Below, piece after piece: positions 10,228 through 20,516 of a DNA stretch of 64,000 bases. The stretch spans positions 1,951-65,950 of IMG/VR virus record IMGVR_UViG_3300025575_000013; one strand, 5' to 3'. Below the pieces are notes generated by a model. That model worked only from the letters and a program-made list of their open reading frames with translations. It did no database searches and was not told where the DNA came from. The stretch's first letter is position 1, and every line of letters begins with the position of its first letter. The stretch is from a virus (Duplodnaviria; Caudoviricetes). A program made the translations under genes and the position numbers.

Positions 10228-13200
10228 TTATAAAACCCTAAACGCTTTTCCTTTGCTGCCCTGAGTTATGACACTTCCGATCATTGACTGTATGCTTTCT
10301 ACCATAACATTTGATGCCGCCATCTTAGCGTTTAAGTCTACCAATTGCGCATTAGCCTTGGTATCAAAAACGTTTATACCACCCCCGAGGTGAGCGTCAA
10401 CCATTATTTTAAGATTGGCATTCTTCGCGCTTACATCTGCACGTATTGTATTTAAAAGTCCAACAAGGCGAGACGAGGTGGCTTCGGTTGTGCTGGGCAC
10501 TTCACCCTTAAGGCCTGACGCGGAGGTGGTAGAAGACGTTATAGCTTTACCGGTAATAGTCTCCAGGTTATCAGCCTGTACGCCTAAGTTTTCTATTAAT
10601 TTAGACCATGACTCCTTAAGCGCCAATTGCTCTTCTGGGGTCAATATTCCCCCGCTTTCGCTTGAGGTGGCAAAGTCTTCGTACCATTTCCTAATACCAG
10701 CATCCGCAGTCATGGAGAGGGCTGATTGTACCGCGCCCTGCATTAACTGCTCAAAAGTATCGGCAAAATCAGCGGCGGAACGTTTACCCTCCTTAAATCC
10801 ATCAATAATAGAATCGGCAATAGTCTGATATGTTGTTCCTGTAAACATTTCACGGACTGATTCGAAATATTCGTCCTGGGCTTTAGCCAAATCCTTACCC
10901 TCGTCCGCGGCTTTCTTCATCAATTCATAGAAATCCTGTCCTGCCTGATCTAATCTACCTTCTGCTACTAATTTAGCGAGTTCTTCCACCGACATTCCAG
11001 CCAAAGTAGAGTATTGCGTTGTAGTACTATTTTTTGTCTTTGTCTGACTATATATATATTTTATATCATGGGCGGCCTGGCTCCATGACAAGTCCGTCTG
11101 CAGTTTTTTGTTTGCTTCTATCTGTTTTGATAGTTCATCTCCTTCCCGTTTATACCATTCAAGACGCGTTTCTGATATTTTTTTAGTCCAGTCATACTGT
11201 TTCCTTAGCGCTATATTGTAATCTATGAGTCCAAGATATGCCTGCCTTTGAGCGGTGGCTTCGGCTTTCAAGGCATCAGCTCTTTTCTTAGAAGCTGATG
11301 TGAATAGATTAACAACAGTTGTAACCACTGTTATAGCCGCCCCTATTATAGATAAGATTACAGAAGCTTTTTCAACTATACTTAATTGTACAGCGGCGGC
11401 AGCAGACATGGATGTTATTCCAGCAATGGATGTCGTGACAAAAGTACCGATATTAGATATGGCTGATATTATTTCTCCAGCCTGACCTCCCATAGCACTA
11501 CCTATGTTATCCAACTCATTAAATAACTCTTTGGTCTGGTCTATTAACTCTGTTGTTATTTTTAGATGCTTCTTCCTCTTTTCGGCCAAATCATCCTCTG
11601 CATCAGTAGCCTCCTTTTCCGCTTTCGCTAATGACTTAAACTGAATCTGTCCGTCCTTAGCTCCGTCCGCAACAAGCATTCCAGACTGCACATTTTTAAG
11701 AGTTTTATTCTTATCGGCTACGTTTCCTCCTGCTAATTTAAGTTCTTCTGCGCTATTTTTTAACGCCTTGAAGGGATTACTTTTTATAAACTTATCCGTA
11801 GCCTCATCGAGGAATTTAAACATTACCTTTAAATCTTTTAAGGGTAATATTCCAGCAGCGCTTGTTTTTAGCCGTTCAAGTTCGTTAATTAATTTTTCAA
11901 GAGTAGAGGATGAAACTGTATCTAAATCCTGAAAAGCCATGGCGAATTCAGGAGATTTACTTAGCTTTTCAAAAGATTGGGTCATCAAAGCCTTAGCCTT
12001 ATCAACACCAGCCTGTATTCTAGCTGAGTCAATTTGTGCCCCGTTTTCTGCTGTTCGTTCCGATTCTAACGCAGCTATGTCTGCATTAAACTTCTTCTCA
12101 ATGGCAAGACGCTCTGCGGCATAATCACCATACTCTATTAATTTATCTTTAAGTAGTTTCTCAGTACTGGCTTTATTTTCAAGTTCATTTGCCAATACAA
12201 AGTCATCATACGCTTTTTGGTTTTCCGCATTAAGTACCGTTGATTTAGGTAAACTTTTCCTTTCTTTTACATAATTAGGATTATTTTTTATAAATTTATT
12301 TACTTCAATTTTATTTTGAAGTTCAAGCATATCCTGACCTTGCTTCTCTATTCGTAATTTTTCCTCATCAAATTTTATTTTTTGTTGCTGTTTTTGTTTT
12401 AAATAGCCTTCATCCTGGGCAGACAGTTTAGCATCGGCAAGGGTGATCTCGGCTTTTTCGCTTATATTTTTAAGCGTAAGCATATCACGCTCTACGGCTT
12501 CTTGACGTTTAGCTGATGCTGCTTTCGCTTTTGATGCGGCGGATTCAGTCCTTGAATTTTCTTTCTGGTTGCCACCTGCATATTCGGCGGCAAGTTTATC
12601 AGTGCGGACTAATTCTTTTTGCTTTGCTATTTCAGAAGATGTGAATGTTCCTAATTTAGCATGGGTCATAGCGTTGTAGTCCGCTAAGTCCTTTTGATAA
12701 TCTTCTGTTCTGGATTTGGCTATTTCAGATCCGGACTTAGACGCTTCCTCTTCTGTTATTTTATATTTTTCTCCAAGTTTAGATACTGCGTCATTATATT
12801 TGAGTCTCCACCCGGTTAGGATCTCAGCCGTAGCAACCTCTTTTTGCCCAATAGCGGAAATAGTGGCCTCGGAAGATGCAATGGACTCATTCAATGATTT
12901 TAGCTTTTCAGCATTATCCACGTATTGAGATAAATTGCTTTCATTTTTCTTGCTACCTATGCTCCCGGAGGATGATATTCTTGGAGTATTTTTAACCCAT
13001 TCCGGTTGAGTCTTGAATTTATCTATACTTTCATTTAATATTTTTTGCTCTTCCCTTAACTTATTAACTTGGGTTTTAGATGCCTCTATTTTTATTTTTG
13101 CATCCAAAAGTGCGTTCTTCTTCTGCTCTTCTGAATATTCCTTAACCTTTTTTATATTTATTCCTATAATATCTCCATATTCCTTCTCTCTTATAGTTGC

Positions 13201-15192
13201 CTCCGGTACAAGCTTAATCATTTCGTTTACAACTACGTCATGTTTTCTCTTAGCTTCTGTATAGGATTCGGTGTCTAATTTACCGGATTTCATCTCTGAG
13301 CCGAGTTTATCGTACTGCTCAAGCAATTTATCCAGGTCGCTCCCTGCGCTACCAAGTCTCGATGTAGAAGATGTTAATTCATCTATAATTTCCTGAGAAG
13401 ATTTGGCCTCTTTATGAAATGCAAAAAATGCGCTTGTTATTAGCCCTATAGCCACAGCTACACCCTGCGCTATAGCTATATATAAATTAGCTTTAGTCGC
13501 CGCGTTGGCTACTTGTTGAGCCGTAGTCAATTCCGTAACAGCCACCCGCAGCTGTTTAACGGCGGATATCTGTGCAGCTATATTCTGAAAAAACGCCGGA
13601 ACCATAGCCGCCATTTGAGCCGCCTTATACAACCCCCAAGTCAATATCAGCGTACCCAAAACCTTAATAATAGGTTCAAGATTAGTAGCCATTCTCATAG
13701 CCAAATCAGCCCCATCTTTTAACACGTCGTCCTGGCTCTTACCGAGTTTATTTAAAGAGATCTGATAAGCATCTACAAGATTGGATATTTTTCCCTTTAA
13801 AGTTTCGGATTGGATTTCCTGCATCTTATAAAACTTGCCTCCAGCAGAAGTCATCTCATTAAAAATACCAGACACCATAGCAAATGGAACTTCGCGCTTA
13901 GATATTTTATCAAATACATCACCGGTAGTAGTTGCTACCCCAGAAAGTGCTTCAAACTTCTTTGCAAGTTCAGCCACTAACGGAATACCCGCTTCCGTAA
14001 ATTGTCGGAGCTCCTGACCCCTAAGCACCGATGCGGCTTTTACCTGACCATAGGCAAGGATCATTCTGGACATATCTACACCAAGACCGGCGGATACATC
14101 AGATAACATTTTAGTAGTTTCGAATAATTCCTTAGCTGGAACTGAAAATGCAGCTAATTGCTTCGCATAACTAACAAGGTCGAGAAATTGGAATGGGGAT
14201 TTTACGGCAAGAGTTTGGATCTGCGTAAATATCTTGTCGGCGGCGCCTGCATCTTGCAAGATAGCTCGCAGAGAAACTTGCTGCATCTCGAACTGCCCTC
14301 TAATGTCAACTAAGGCTTTTACGAATCTTTCGGCCGCGTAAACAGAAAATAGCATTCCCATCTGGTTAGATAAGGCTCCAGAAAGCCGGACGCTTGAACT
14401 CATCTGCCCATTGGAAAATAGGAGAGATGCACCAAGACCACGGGTTGCGTTGGCGTGCTTAGTGGCAGTAGCGGCGGCTTTGTCAGAAGCCTGACCTTGC
14501 TTTCTTGTTATTAATTCCTGATCTCTATAATACGAATTTAATGATTTTATTGCATCACTACGCTTGCCTATATCGCCCGTAGTTTCAAGCATAGACCCAG
14601 TTAAACCTTTGCTTATACTATTATTTAATGCCTGCTTTTGAGCAGAAGCTATGCGGTTAGCCCTGGCTATTGTGGCCTGGCCATCGGTATCTTCTTTAGC
14701 CCTGATCTTGGATCTTCCGTCTAATATTTTTTGGACTAAATTCTCATCGGCGCGTTGTTGTTTGATTTTCAAAGCAGCCACCTTATCGGCTAATTCTTGC
14801 TCTTTTTGAGCTATTTTAGCCGAGAGTTCAATTTGTTTCTGAGCCGCTAATACGCCCCTTTCTCTTGCCTTATTTTCTTTATCAATACTTGTGGCTAAGC
14901 CCAAAGATGACGCTTTTATATCATCAAGTTCTTTTTTTAGTCTTACACATTCAGCTACGGCTTCTTTATATCCATCATCTACAGTTCCAGATACCACGGC
15001 AAGGCTCCTGGTCTTATCTATAACCTCGGATACATCCTTACTCATTTTCTTGAACGGACTCAGGTTTCCAGATGACGATCCGTTTAAAGCCTTTTCAACT
15101 TGGGCAGATAAACCCGCCATTTTAGTCTTGAAATCATTATCATTCAATCCTAATGTGAAATATAATGAACCTAAGTCGCCTTCTCCAGCCAT
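10228..15192 (-). CDS. Tape measure protein
   Basis: 1654 aa, Ala/Lys-rich helical; LGSLYF.LG start; SPFQFLDL...KQL.AF...ELF...L.DVSAGLGVDM.R..LAYGQV tape-measure motif. Confidence 0.93.
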   Translation of the reverse strand: MAGEGDLGSLYFTLGLNDNDFKTKMAGLSAQVEKALNGSSSGNLSPFKKMSKDVSEVIDKTRSLAVVSGTVDDGYKEAVAECVRLKKELDDIKASSLGLATSIDKENKARERGVLAAQKQIELSAKIAQKEQELADKVAALKIKQQRADENLVQKILDGRSKIRAKEDTDGQATIARANRIASAQKQALNNSISKGLTGSMLETTGDIGKRSDAIKSLNSYYRDQELITRKQGQASDKAAATATKHANATRGLGASLLFSNGQMSSSVRLSGALSNQMGMLFSVYAAERFVKALVDIRGQFEMQQVSLRAILQDAGAADKIFTQIQTLAVKSPFQFLDLVSYAKQLAAFSVPAKELFETTKMLSDVSAGLGVDMSRMILAYGQVKAASVLRGQELRQFTEAGIPLVAELAKKFEALSGVATTTGDVFDKISKREVPFAMVSGIFNEMTSAGGKFYKMQEIQSETLKGKISNLVDAYQISLNKLGKSQDDVLKDGADLAMRMATNLEPIIKVLGTLILTWGLYKAAQMAAMVPAFFQNIAAQISAVKQLRVAVTELTTAQQVANAATKANLYIAIAQGVAVAIGLITSAFFAFHKEAKSSQEIIDELTSSTSRLGSAGSDLDKLLEQYDKLGSEMKSGKLDTESYTEAKRKHDVVVNEMIKLVPEATIREKEYGDIIGINIKKVKEYSEEQKKNALLDAKIKIEASKTQVNKLREEQKILNESIDKFKTQPEWVKNTPRISSSGSIGSKKNESNLSQYVDNAEKLKSLNESIASSEATISAIGQKEVATAEILTGWRLKYNDAVSKLGEKYKITEEEASKSGSEIAKSRTEDYQKDLADYNAMTHAKLGTFTSSEIAKQKELVRTDKLAAEYAGGNQKENSRTESAASKAKAASAKRQEAVERDMLTLKNISEKAEITLADAKLSAQDEGYLKQKQQQKIKFDEEKLRIEKQGQDMLELQNKIEVNKFIKNNPNYVKERKSLPKSTVLNAENQKAYDDFVLANELENKASTEKLLKDKLIEYGDYAAERLAIEKKFNADIAALESERTAENGAQIDSARIQAGVDKAKALMTQSFEKLSKSPEFAMAFQDLDTVSSSTLEKLINELERLKTSAAGILPLKDLKVMFKFLDEATDKFIKSNPFKALKNSAEELKLAGGNVADKNKTLKNVQSGMLVADGAKDGQIQFKSLAKAEKEATDAEDDLAEKRKKHLKITTELIDQTKELFNELDNIGSAMGGQAGEIISAISNIGTFVTTSIAGITSMSAAAAVQLSIVEKASVILSIIGAAITVVTTVVNLFTSASKKRADALKAEATAQRQAYLGLIDYNIALRKQYDWTKKISETRLEWYKREGDELSKQIEANKKLQTDLSWSQAAHDIKYIYSQTKTKNSTTTQYSTLAGMSVEELAKLVAEGRLDQAGQDFYELMKKAADEGKDLAKAQDEYFESVREMFTGTTYQTIADSIIDGFKEGKRSAADFADTFEQLMQGAVQSALSMTADAGIRKWYEDFATSSESGGILTPEEQLALKESWSKLIENLGVQADNLETITGKAITSSTTSASGLKGEVPSTTEATSSRLVGLLNTIRADVSAKNANLKIMVDAHLGGGINVFDTKANAQLVDLNAKMAASNVMVESIQSMIGSVITQGSKGKAFRVL

Positions 15193-15204
15193 GATTTTAT
15201 ATTA

Positions 15205-15627
15205 TTATAATTTTATTTCTCCTGATAATAATGCGGACATGCTAACTTTTTGCCCTTGATCCGACTCACGTTTAAGTCTTGCCCTCTCTGCTGCGGCTAT
15301 GTTTAACGCATCTACTTCTGAGAAATCCTCTGGTTTAAATTTCGTTTTTATAACATTCCCACTTGCATCTTTTTCTTTATGCTTAGCATATTTTATTTGA
15401 GGCAAATCAGTACTCATTAGCTCTATTTTAGCATTACTGAGAACGCACCTATAAATGTAAGCATCTACCCATCCAAATATAGTAAACCTTGGTTTTATTG
15501 CCCAGGGATATTTTTCTGCGAATGCTGATCTTGTACCAATAAAAGTTCCTGACGGTATTGCTCTACTTCCTTCTTCGTCATCGTCATCGTCGTCTCCATC
15601 ATCGCCACCCCCAACATTATACACCAA
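15205..15627 (-). CDS. Tail assembly chaperone, C-terminal (-1 frame, GT-like) part
   Basis: -1 frame relative to 15495..16016, open from the A10 tract, no early ATG, directly upstream of tape measure. Confidence 0.6.
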   Translation of the reverse strand: MVYNVGGGDDGDDDDDDEEGSRAIPSGTFIGTRSAFAEKYPWAIKPRFTIFGWVDAYIYRCVLSNAKIELMSTDLPQIKYAKHKEKDASGNVIKTKFKPEDFSEVDALNIAAAERARLKRESDQGQKVSMSALLSGEIKL

Positions 15628-16016
15628 GCGTAACTCTCCGATGGAATTTTTTTTTTGCCCTCAAGTATAACAGGAAAGCATTGGTCAAAAGTCCACTCCT
15701 GAACATAAGCCATCCATCTCCATTTAATCCAATAGAATAATTTAATCTTCCACATCTTGTTTAGTAATGCAATAGAGGCAAGACGATGGGGAATCGTAGA
15801 CTTCTCTTTGATTATATTAAGAGCCTCAATCTCACTACCACTCTCAACTTTTACGTTAGAATCAAGCATTAATTTAGTGAATCTCTCCGTTGCATAAGGT
15901 TTCATGAATCCTACCATTACGCTATTTCTACCAGGGATAGATACTACGCTGGTTCTATCGTCATTAACCGCCATCAGTTCCTGTTCTTGCGCCGTTGTAG
16001 GTTGGTTTTTCGTCAT
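15495..16016 (-). CDS. Tail assembly chaperone (G-like)
   Basis: Between tail tube and tape measure; contains ILEGKKKI over a slippery tract. Confidence 0.7.
   Translation of the reverse strand: MTKNQPTTAQEQELMAVNDDRTSVVSIPGRNSVMVGFMKPYATERFTKLMLDSNVKVESGSEIEALNIIKEKSTIPHRLASIALLNKMWKIKLFYWIKWRWMAYVQEWTFDQCFPVILEGKKKIPSESYAWCIMLGVAMMETTMTMTKKEVEQYRQELLLVQDQHSQKNIPGQ
15647..15660 (-). other. Probable -1 ribosomal frameshift site
   Basis: GAG GGC AAA AAA AAA ATT contains the heptamer A AAA AAA; -1 frame open for about 145 codons. Confidence 0.6.
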
Positions 16017-16035
16017 ACTATTTTTTTTAAATAAT

Positions 16036-16063
16036 AAGGGGAGGAGCGTTTACCCCTCCCCTT
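16036..16063 (-). terminator. Intrinsic terminator-like hairpin after the tail-tube genes
   Basis: AAGGGGAGG / CCTCCCCTT 9-bp stem followed by an AT-rich run. Confidence 0.65.
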
Positions 16064-16088
16064 GATAGGATTAATTACTACGCATAAG

Positions 16089-16619
16089 TTATGATTTATG
16101 CCAAATTACAAAGTCTGCCTCTTCCCCAACCAAACCTCCAGCGCCAGCTTTCGCTGTGATAGAGAATTTCTGACTAAGGGCTGTGGTTTTCAATGTGGAA
16201 CCATCCATCCATGATACAAGTGTACCGTTGGTGATGATTACAACATGACCACTATCAAACTCAATCTTAGCCATCGTATTAATAGGATTAGCTCCTATTT
16301 TTACGCCAGTTGCGGTATGTGTAGCCGGAGCGTATGGGTCAGTATCCGTAGTTTCATACAGATATTCTAAAACCTCGACCGCTGAGTCCGGAATAGTACC
16401 AGTAAGCACAACAGATGCCGCTGTAAATGAAACATATACCGGAAGTGCCAACTGGTCAACATTAATACTGGCCATGGTTGGTTCTGATTGAGTAAATGCG
16501 ATAGAGTCCCTTAGCGTATAAAACAATTCAGTCCAATCTGTTACCGCTGATAAGATCCCTACGGGTGCTACTGAAATGGAAACTATTCCACCAGTTGCTA
16601 ATTCTTGTGTTACTGCCAT
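16089..16619 (-). CDS. Tail tube (major tail) protein, paralog 2
   Basis: 176 aa, aligns end to end with 16623..17153; position between tail terminator and chaperone. Confidence 0.72.
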   Translation of the reverse strand: MAVTQELATGGIVSISVAPVGILSAVTDWTELFYTLRDSIAFTQSEPTMASINVDQLALPVYVSFTAASVVLTGTIPDSAVEVLEYLYETTDTDPYAPATHTATGVKIGANPINTMAKIEFDSGHVVIITNGTLVSWMDGSTLKTTALSQKFSITAKAGAGGLVGEEADFVIWHKS

Positions 16620-16622
16620 GTC

Positions 16623-17153
16623 TTATACTAAATTCCACATTACTACCTCTGCACCTTGTGCGATACCGGTTGTTCCAGCCTTAGCGACAATAGTGAATTT
16701 GTGAGCAAGTGCGGTTGTTTTTAATGATGATCCATCCAAGGCAGCTGCAAAATCGCCGTTGGTGATAATTATAACTTGCCCTGATTCAAATGTGATTTGC
16801 CACATTTTGTTCAGAACTTTAATGTTAGTATTTACTCCGGTAGCCGTATATCCAGCAGGAGCGTAAGGAGCCGTGGTTGTGTTGTAAATAAGAGCCAATA
16901 CTGCGGTAGCCGTGTTTGGAATAGTTCCCGTTACCTTAAAATCACCATCTGTGTAGTTAAGATAAATAGGGGCATCCAACTGATCTACGAGTATTTCAGC
17001 TTTTGTCGGTTCTGCTTGTGTTACAGATACGGAATCCCGTAATGTGTAAAACGTTTCCGTCCAAACAGTTCCAACCGCAATCTCAGCTTTATCGGCGTAC
17101 TTGATGGATGTTATTCCACCAGTGGCTAATTTCTGAACGTGTGCTATTGCCAT
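16623..17153 (-). CDS. Tail tube (major tail) protein, paralog 1
   Basis: 176 aa, beta-rich (FYTLRDS....Q.EPT...I.VDQ). Confidence 0.72.
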   Translation of the reverse strand: MAIAHVQKLATGGITSIKYADKAEIAVGTVWTETFYTLRDSVSVTQAEPTKAEILVDQLDAPIYLNYTDGDFKVTGTIPNTATAVLALIYNTTTAPYAPAGYTATGVNTNIKVLNKMWQITFESGQVIIITNGDFAAALDGSSLKTTALAHKFTIVAKAGTTGIAQGAEVVMWNLV

Positions 17154-17156
17154 GTC

Positions 17157-17555
17157 TTAATCGTGTTTAATTATTGTTAGTAAATTAATAATTTGAACCG
17201 AAAAACCCAGACCGTCCTGTACCGTTGAGCTATTCGTATTATAATGGAACCTGTAATTCGTTGTGTTTATTGGTAATGTAGATATGATTGACTGGAATAA
17301 AGATGATTGCGTTACAGAATCTTCTATGCCACCAGTCGCATTTTTGACGTAAATGTAAATGCTTGCCATCGTTTCGCCCATCGCCACCTGGTCATCTATA
17401 TTGGCTATCTTTATAACCATAAATTTAGACATGGTTGTAGGTATAGAACTCGGCCTGCTTCCGACAAATATATCATTACATATATTAAGAGTGGCAAGAC
17501 TTGAATAGAGTGCCGCCCTTATCTTGATAGTATCGTATGATGTATTTACTGCCAT
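17157..17555 (-). CDS. Tail terminator / completion protein
   Basis: Size and position; F...RP....MSKFMVI pattern. Confidence 0.55.
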   Translation of the reverse strand: MAVNTSYDTIKIRAALYSSLATLNICNDIFVGSRPSSIPTTMSKFMVIKIANIDDQVAMGETMASIYIYVKNATGGIEDSVTQSSLFQSIISTLPINTTNYRFHYNTNSSTVQDGLGFSVQIINLLTIIKHD

Positions 17556-18040
17556 TATTTTATTTTATGAGTTTTCGATATTTTAACTGTATTCATTGAA
17601 ATAAATGTGAATGCGCCCCAAAGAACTGCCACTCTGTCACCTTTTTCTATGTATTTTTTTTCTATATTTTGAGCGTATTCTGCCCCAGCGATAAAGACTA
17701 CTTCCCATGATTTGGATGAAACATAATTGTCTAAAAAATCTTTAGCATCCTTAGATCCATTATCATGTATTCCATCGCCTTGTAAATTCTTATATTCATC
17801 TTTTGACTGGCTCCAATCTCTATCAGTCCAATCCATAAAAACTACACCACCATCGTGGTATATCGCACACGCTATAGATTGCTGTAAATTTACAGTGTAG
17901 TTATCATAAGCATGATTTTCTCTTGATATTTCTATCGCTTCTACGCAGACATCCTCTAATGTCGCATATATAATCATATCCGCTATACCCTGGGCTTTTT
18001 TAATTCCAGCCTCTATAACCGATTTGTTATCGTAAGCCAT
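17555..18040 (-). CDS. Head-tail joining protein (HK97 gp10-like)
   Basis: Y.NYT.NLQ.SI and IAGAEYA..IE motifs; position. Confidence 0.6.
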   Translation of the reverse strand: MAYDNKSVIEAGIKKAQGIADMIIYATLEDVCVEAIEISRENHAYDNYTVNLQQSIACAIYHDGGVVFMDWTDRDWSQSKDEYKNLQGDGIHDNGSKDAKDFLDNYVSSKSWEVVFIAGAEYAQNIEKKYIEKGDRVAVLWGAFTFISMNTVKISKTHKIK

Positions 18041-18489
18041 TATGCTTTAAAAAATCCCATTATTATTGATGCGGCAGAAATTAATATAGCTACCGCGGCG
18101 GCTATAAATGTTCCCAGGTTTTTCATACCTTCATCCTTGCCACTCCCCATACTCCGGCTTTCACTTAGGCTTTTCAAGTCTGCTGAAATGCGTTCCAAAT
18201 TCTTGTTATAATTTTCTGCAAAATTATCAAATCGCTTTTCGGCAGCTATTTCCGCCTTTAAAACAGCCTTTTCGCTTGCAGCCATAGCCACATTCACGGC
18301 TCTTTCTTGAGCATCAAGTGCTGATTTAACAGCCTCCTTTGACTCCTGTGAATTTTTATTTATAAGTTTTTCCAGAGCATTATATCGATCCTCAAAACGT
18401 TTGTCTGAAATGTCGATAATGGAAGTAAAGAATTCTTTTAACCCAACCGTCTCTACTAAGTTTTGGTTTGCTTTTTCTGCCGCTGTCAT
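18040..18489 (-). CDS. Coiled-coil protein with a C-terminal transmembrane helix
   Basis: AVLKAEIAAEKRF heptads, then a hydrophobic tail (FIAAAVAILISAASIIMGFF). Confidence 0.6.
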   Translation of the reverse strand: MTAAEKANQNLVETVGLKEFFTSIIDISDKRFEDRYNALEKLINKNSQESKEAVKSALDAQERAVNVAMAASEKAVLKAEIAAEKRFDNFAENYNKNLERISADLKSLSESRSMGSGKDEGMKNLGTFIAAAVAILISAASIIMGFFKA

Positions 18490-18495
18490 AGCTAA

Positions 18496-18906
18496 TTAAT
18501 TACTTACTATATTAAACCAAATGTTAGCTCCTAAATTACCTGGGTGCGCTAACTTAATTAAACCAGAAACGGTAAAAATGCCATTAATAACCACTAATCT
18601 TGCATAATCATCCGTTGTTATTCTACCCACCGAATTGCTATCTATTCTTAATATTAAGTCGGTCATTGTCTGACCGAAGCACGTTATAGAGTCGCCAATT
18701 TTTATGTTAAAATCGTAACTCGGAATAGACACTTTATAATCGGCTATTTTTACCCCACCTTTTTCAGAACCTCCATTATCTGGGTAAAACCTACATTCCC
18801 CACTATGTACCACCTCTGTAATCCACGTTGGCATCGCATTATTACCAGTATTAATTTGCCTTGTAATTACAAACGTATGCGGATATTGCGGATTACTAAT
18901 AGTCAT
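18496..18906 (-). CDS. Head-closure (stopper) protein
   Basis: YPHTF.ITR...GECR...ADYK.SIP pattern; position. Confidence 0.55.
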   Translation of the reverse strand: MTISNPQYPHTFVITRQINTGNNAMPTWITEVVHSGECRFYPDNGGSEKGGVKIADYKVSIPSYDFNIKIGDSITCFGQTMTDLILRIDSNSVGRITTDDYARLVVINGIFTVSGLIKLAHPGNLGANIWFNIVSN

Positions 18907-19264
18907 GGTAGTATGCGGTTCCGTTCAGTGATCTTATTTTAAGCCCACTTGTATATAGTGGGTCTGAATATTCTGCGTAAATAGAATTAGCTTCTTTTCT
19001 ATACGCAGCCTTATCGGATGCCGTAAATGAAGAAGATCCTTCTGAATGTGACCACCCATTATCAGAGTCTTTTACTCCGGAGAACTGTGATGGTGATTTT
19101 GCGAAGTACATACAAATATCGGCATAGGCAAGACGCTGCTCTTTCGCAGTTAGTGTGCCCGTTTCTGACAAAGCCGTAATGCCACGATTAAGCATTATTG
19201 ATGCTAATGTGGTTGGCGGAATAGTCATTGGAAATAAACCCTGGATGTATGCTTCGAATGTCAT
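18896..19264 (-). CDS. Head-tail adaptor protein
   Basis: First gene after the capsid; LAYADI....SPS...KDSDNGWSHSEG. Confidence 0.6.
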   Translation of the reverse strand: MTFEAYIQGLFPMTIPPTTLASIMLNRGITALSETGTLTAKEQRLAYADICMYFAKSPSQFSGVKDSDNGWSHSEGSSSFTASDKAAYRKEANSIYAEYSDPLYTSGLKIRSLNGTAYYHDY

Positions 19265-19285
19265 TATTTTGCTTTATTTTTAATA

Positions 19286-19313
19286 AGGGGCGAGGTTTTT
19301 AGCTCTCGCCCCT
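19286..19313 (-). terminator. Intrinsic terminator-like hairpin after the capsid gene
   Basis: AGGGGCGAG / CTCGCCCCT 9-bp stem. Confidence 0.7.
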
Positions 19314-19320
19314 ATTTTAT

Positions 19321-20493
19321 TTAGGATGCAGCAGTAGCGGTATCCAAATACAACATAAATTCTGGAGTTTCAAGAACCGGAATACCAATAAATTTAGCTT
19401 CAAACTTCATTGCTTCTGCACGAGAATCAATGTATTGAGCTACACGCATCATTCCGTTTTCAGTTAAGAAAGCAGGGTTTGCGGCTGTAGCGAAAGCCAA
19501 AGAAGGCATACTCCATTGAAGAGTTCCAATTAGACCAGACTGACGAAGAACTACGGTATTGTCAGCAAATCCACGCATACTCTTGCGTACCATTGTTGCG
19601 GTAGCTGGATCGTAAACCTCAACGAGACTAACATCCTCTACAACTTCGATAGGAGGCAAACCGAGACCTACGATATACTGTTTTACAACCTCAGGCATCA
19701 TTGGGATGCTTGCGATATTCCCAGAAGCGATAGTCGGATACAAATAAGTATTCACTGCCGTTTTAGTAGTAGTATGATTAAGCAGGAGTTCCCAAGTTGC
19801 CTTGTTCATTCTGAATACGTCTACGGGAATCAAGTTGTCAACAGAGTACTTGTACATATCACGAAGGTCGCCAATAGGATTAGCCCCGGAAACACTCCAT
19901 ACATATTTCGTACCGTTAGATCCATAACCTCCGGCTTTCTTTTTATTGATTGCTGGGATTTGGAAATCAAATTGCAAACCACGGATACCACCAGTGTTGT
20001 TCTGAACCGTAGTGGTAAATGCTCCGGTTGATTCTACCTGATATGCGGTATAATTGATCTGAGAATGAATACCTCCGATAATCTTAGCGTTGTTCACCAA
20101 GAATTTATCAAAGACAGGTTGCAATGGAACTTGCCCCCCAAGCTGCAAAATCTTCTCAGTTTCCTTCATTGACTTATCGTTGAAGTTAAAACCGAGTTTC
20201 ATTACAGGCATGTCTCCACTGGACATTGCAAAACCTTCATTTGCAATAGTTGGGCCTTCTGCGTCAAAAGATACATACTGAGCCATAACTGGCAAACCCT
20301 TGTCGGTGGTAATTTGCGTATAGGTTTCGCTAATAGAAGCGTCTCCAAGTGCAAATGTATCTCTCCATTTTACTCCACCAAATTTATCGGCGAAGGCGGT
20401 ATTATAAAAAGAATTAAGATTTTCATATCCAAATTCTTGCAGTGCATTATTAAGTAATGCGTAGCTTTGATAGCTAAGTGCTGGTGCTGCCAT
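19321..20493 (-). CDS. Major capsid protein (lambda E-like)
   Basis: 390 aa; PVMAQYVSFDAEGP, FDFQIP, NPIGDL motifs; followed by a terminator. Confidence 0.85.
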   Translation of the reverse strand: MAAPALSYQSYALLNNALQEFGYENLNSFYNTAFADKFGGVKWRDTFALGDASISETYTQITTDKGLPVMAQYVSFDAEGPTIANEGFAMSSGDMPVMKLGFNFNDKSMKETEKILQLGGQVPLQPVFDKFLVNNAKIIGGIHSQINYTAYQVESTGAFTTTVQNNTGGIRGLQFDFQIPAINKKKAGGYGSNGTKYVWSVSGANPIGDLRDMYKYSVDNLIPVDVFRMNKATWELLLNHTTTKTAVNTYLYPTIASGNIASIPMMPEVVKQYIVGLGLPPIEVVEDVSLVEVYDPATATMVRKSMRGFADNTVVLRQSGLIGTLQWSMPSLAFATAANPAFLTENGMMRVAQYIDSRAEAMKFEAKFIGIPVLETPEFMLYLDTATAAS

Positions 20494-20516
20494 ATTGTTT
20501 GTTTTTTATTTAATTA

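Noticed and set aside
10415-15259. Plus-strand ORFs antisense to the tape measure gene, and similar shadow ORFs throughout the track
   Set aside because: They are fully nested opposite long, recognisable genes and have the Ser/Leu/Phe-rich composition typical of antisense frames
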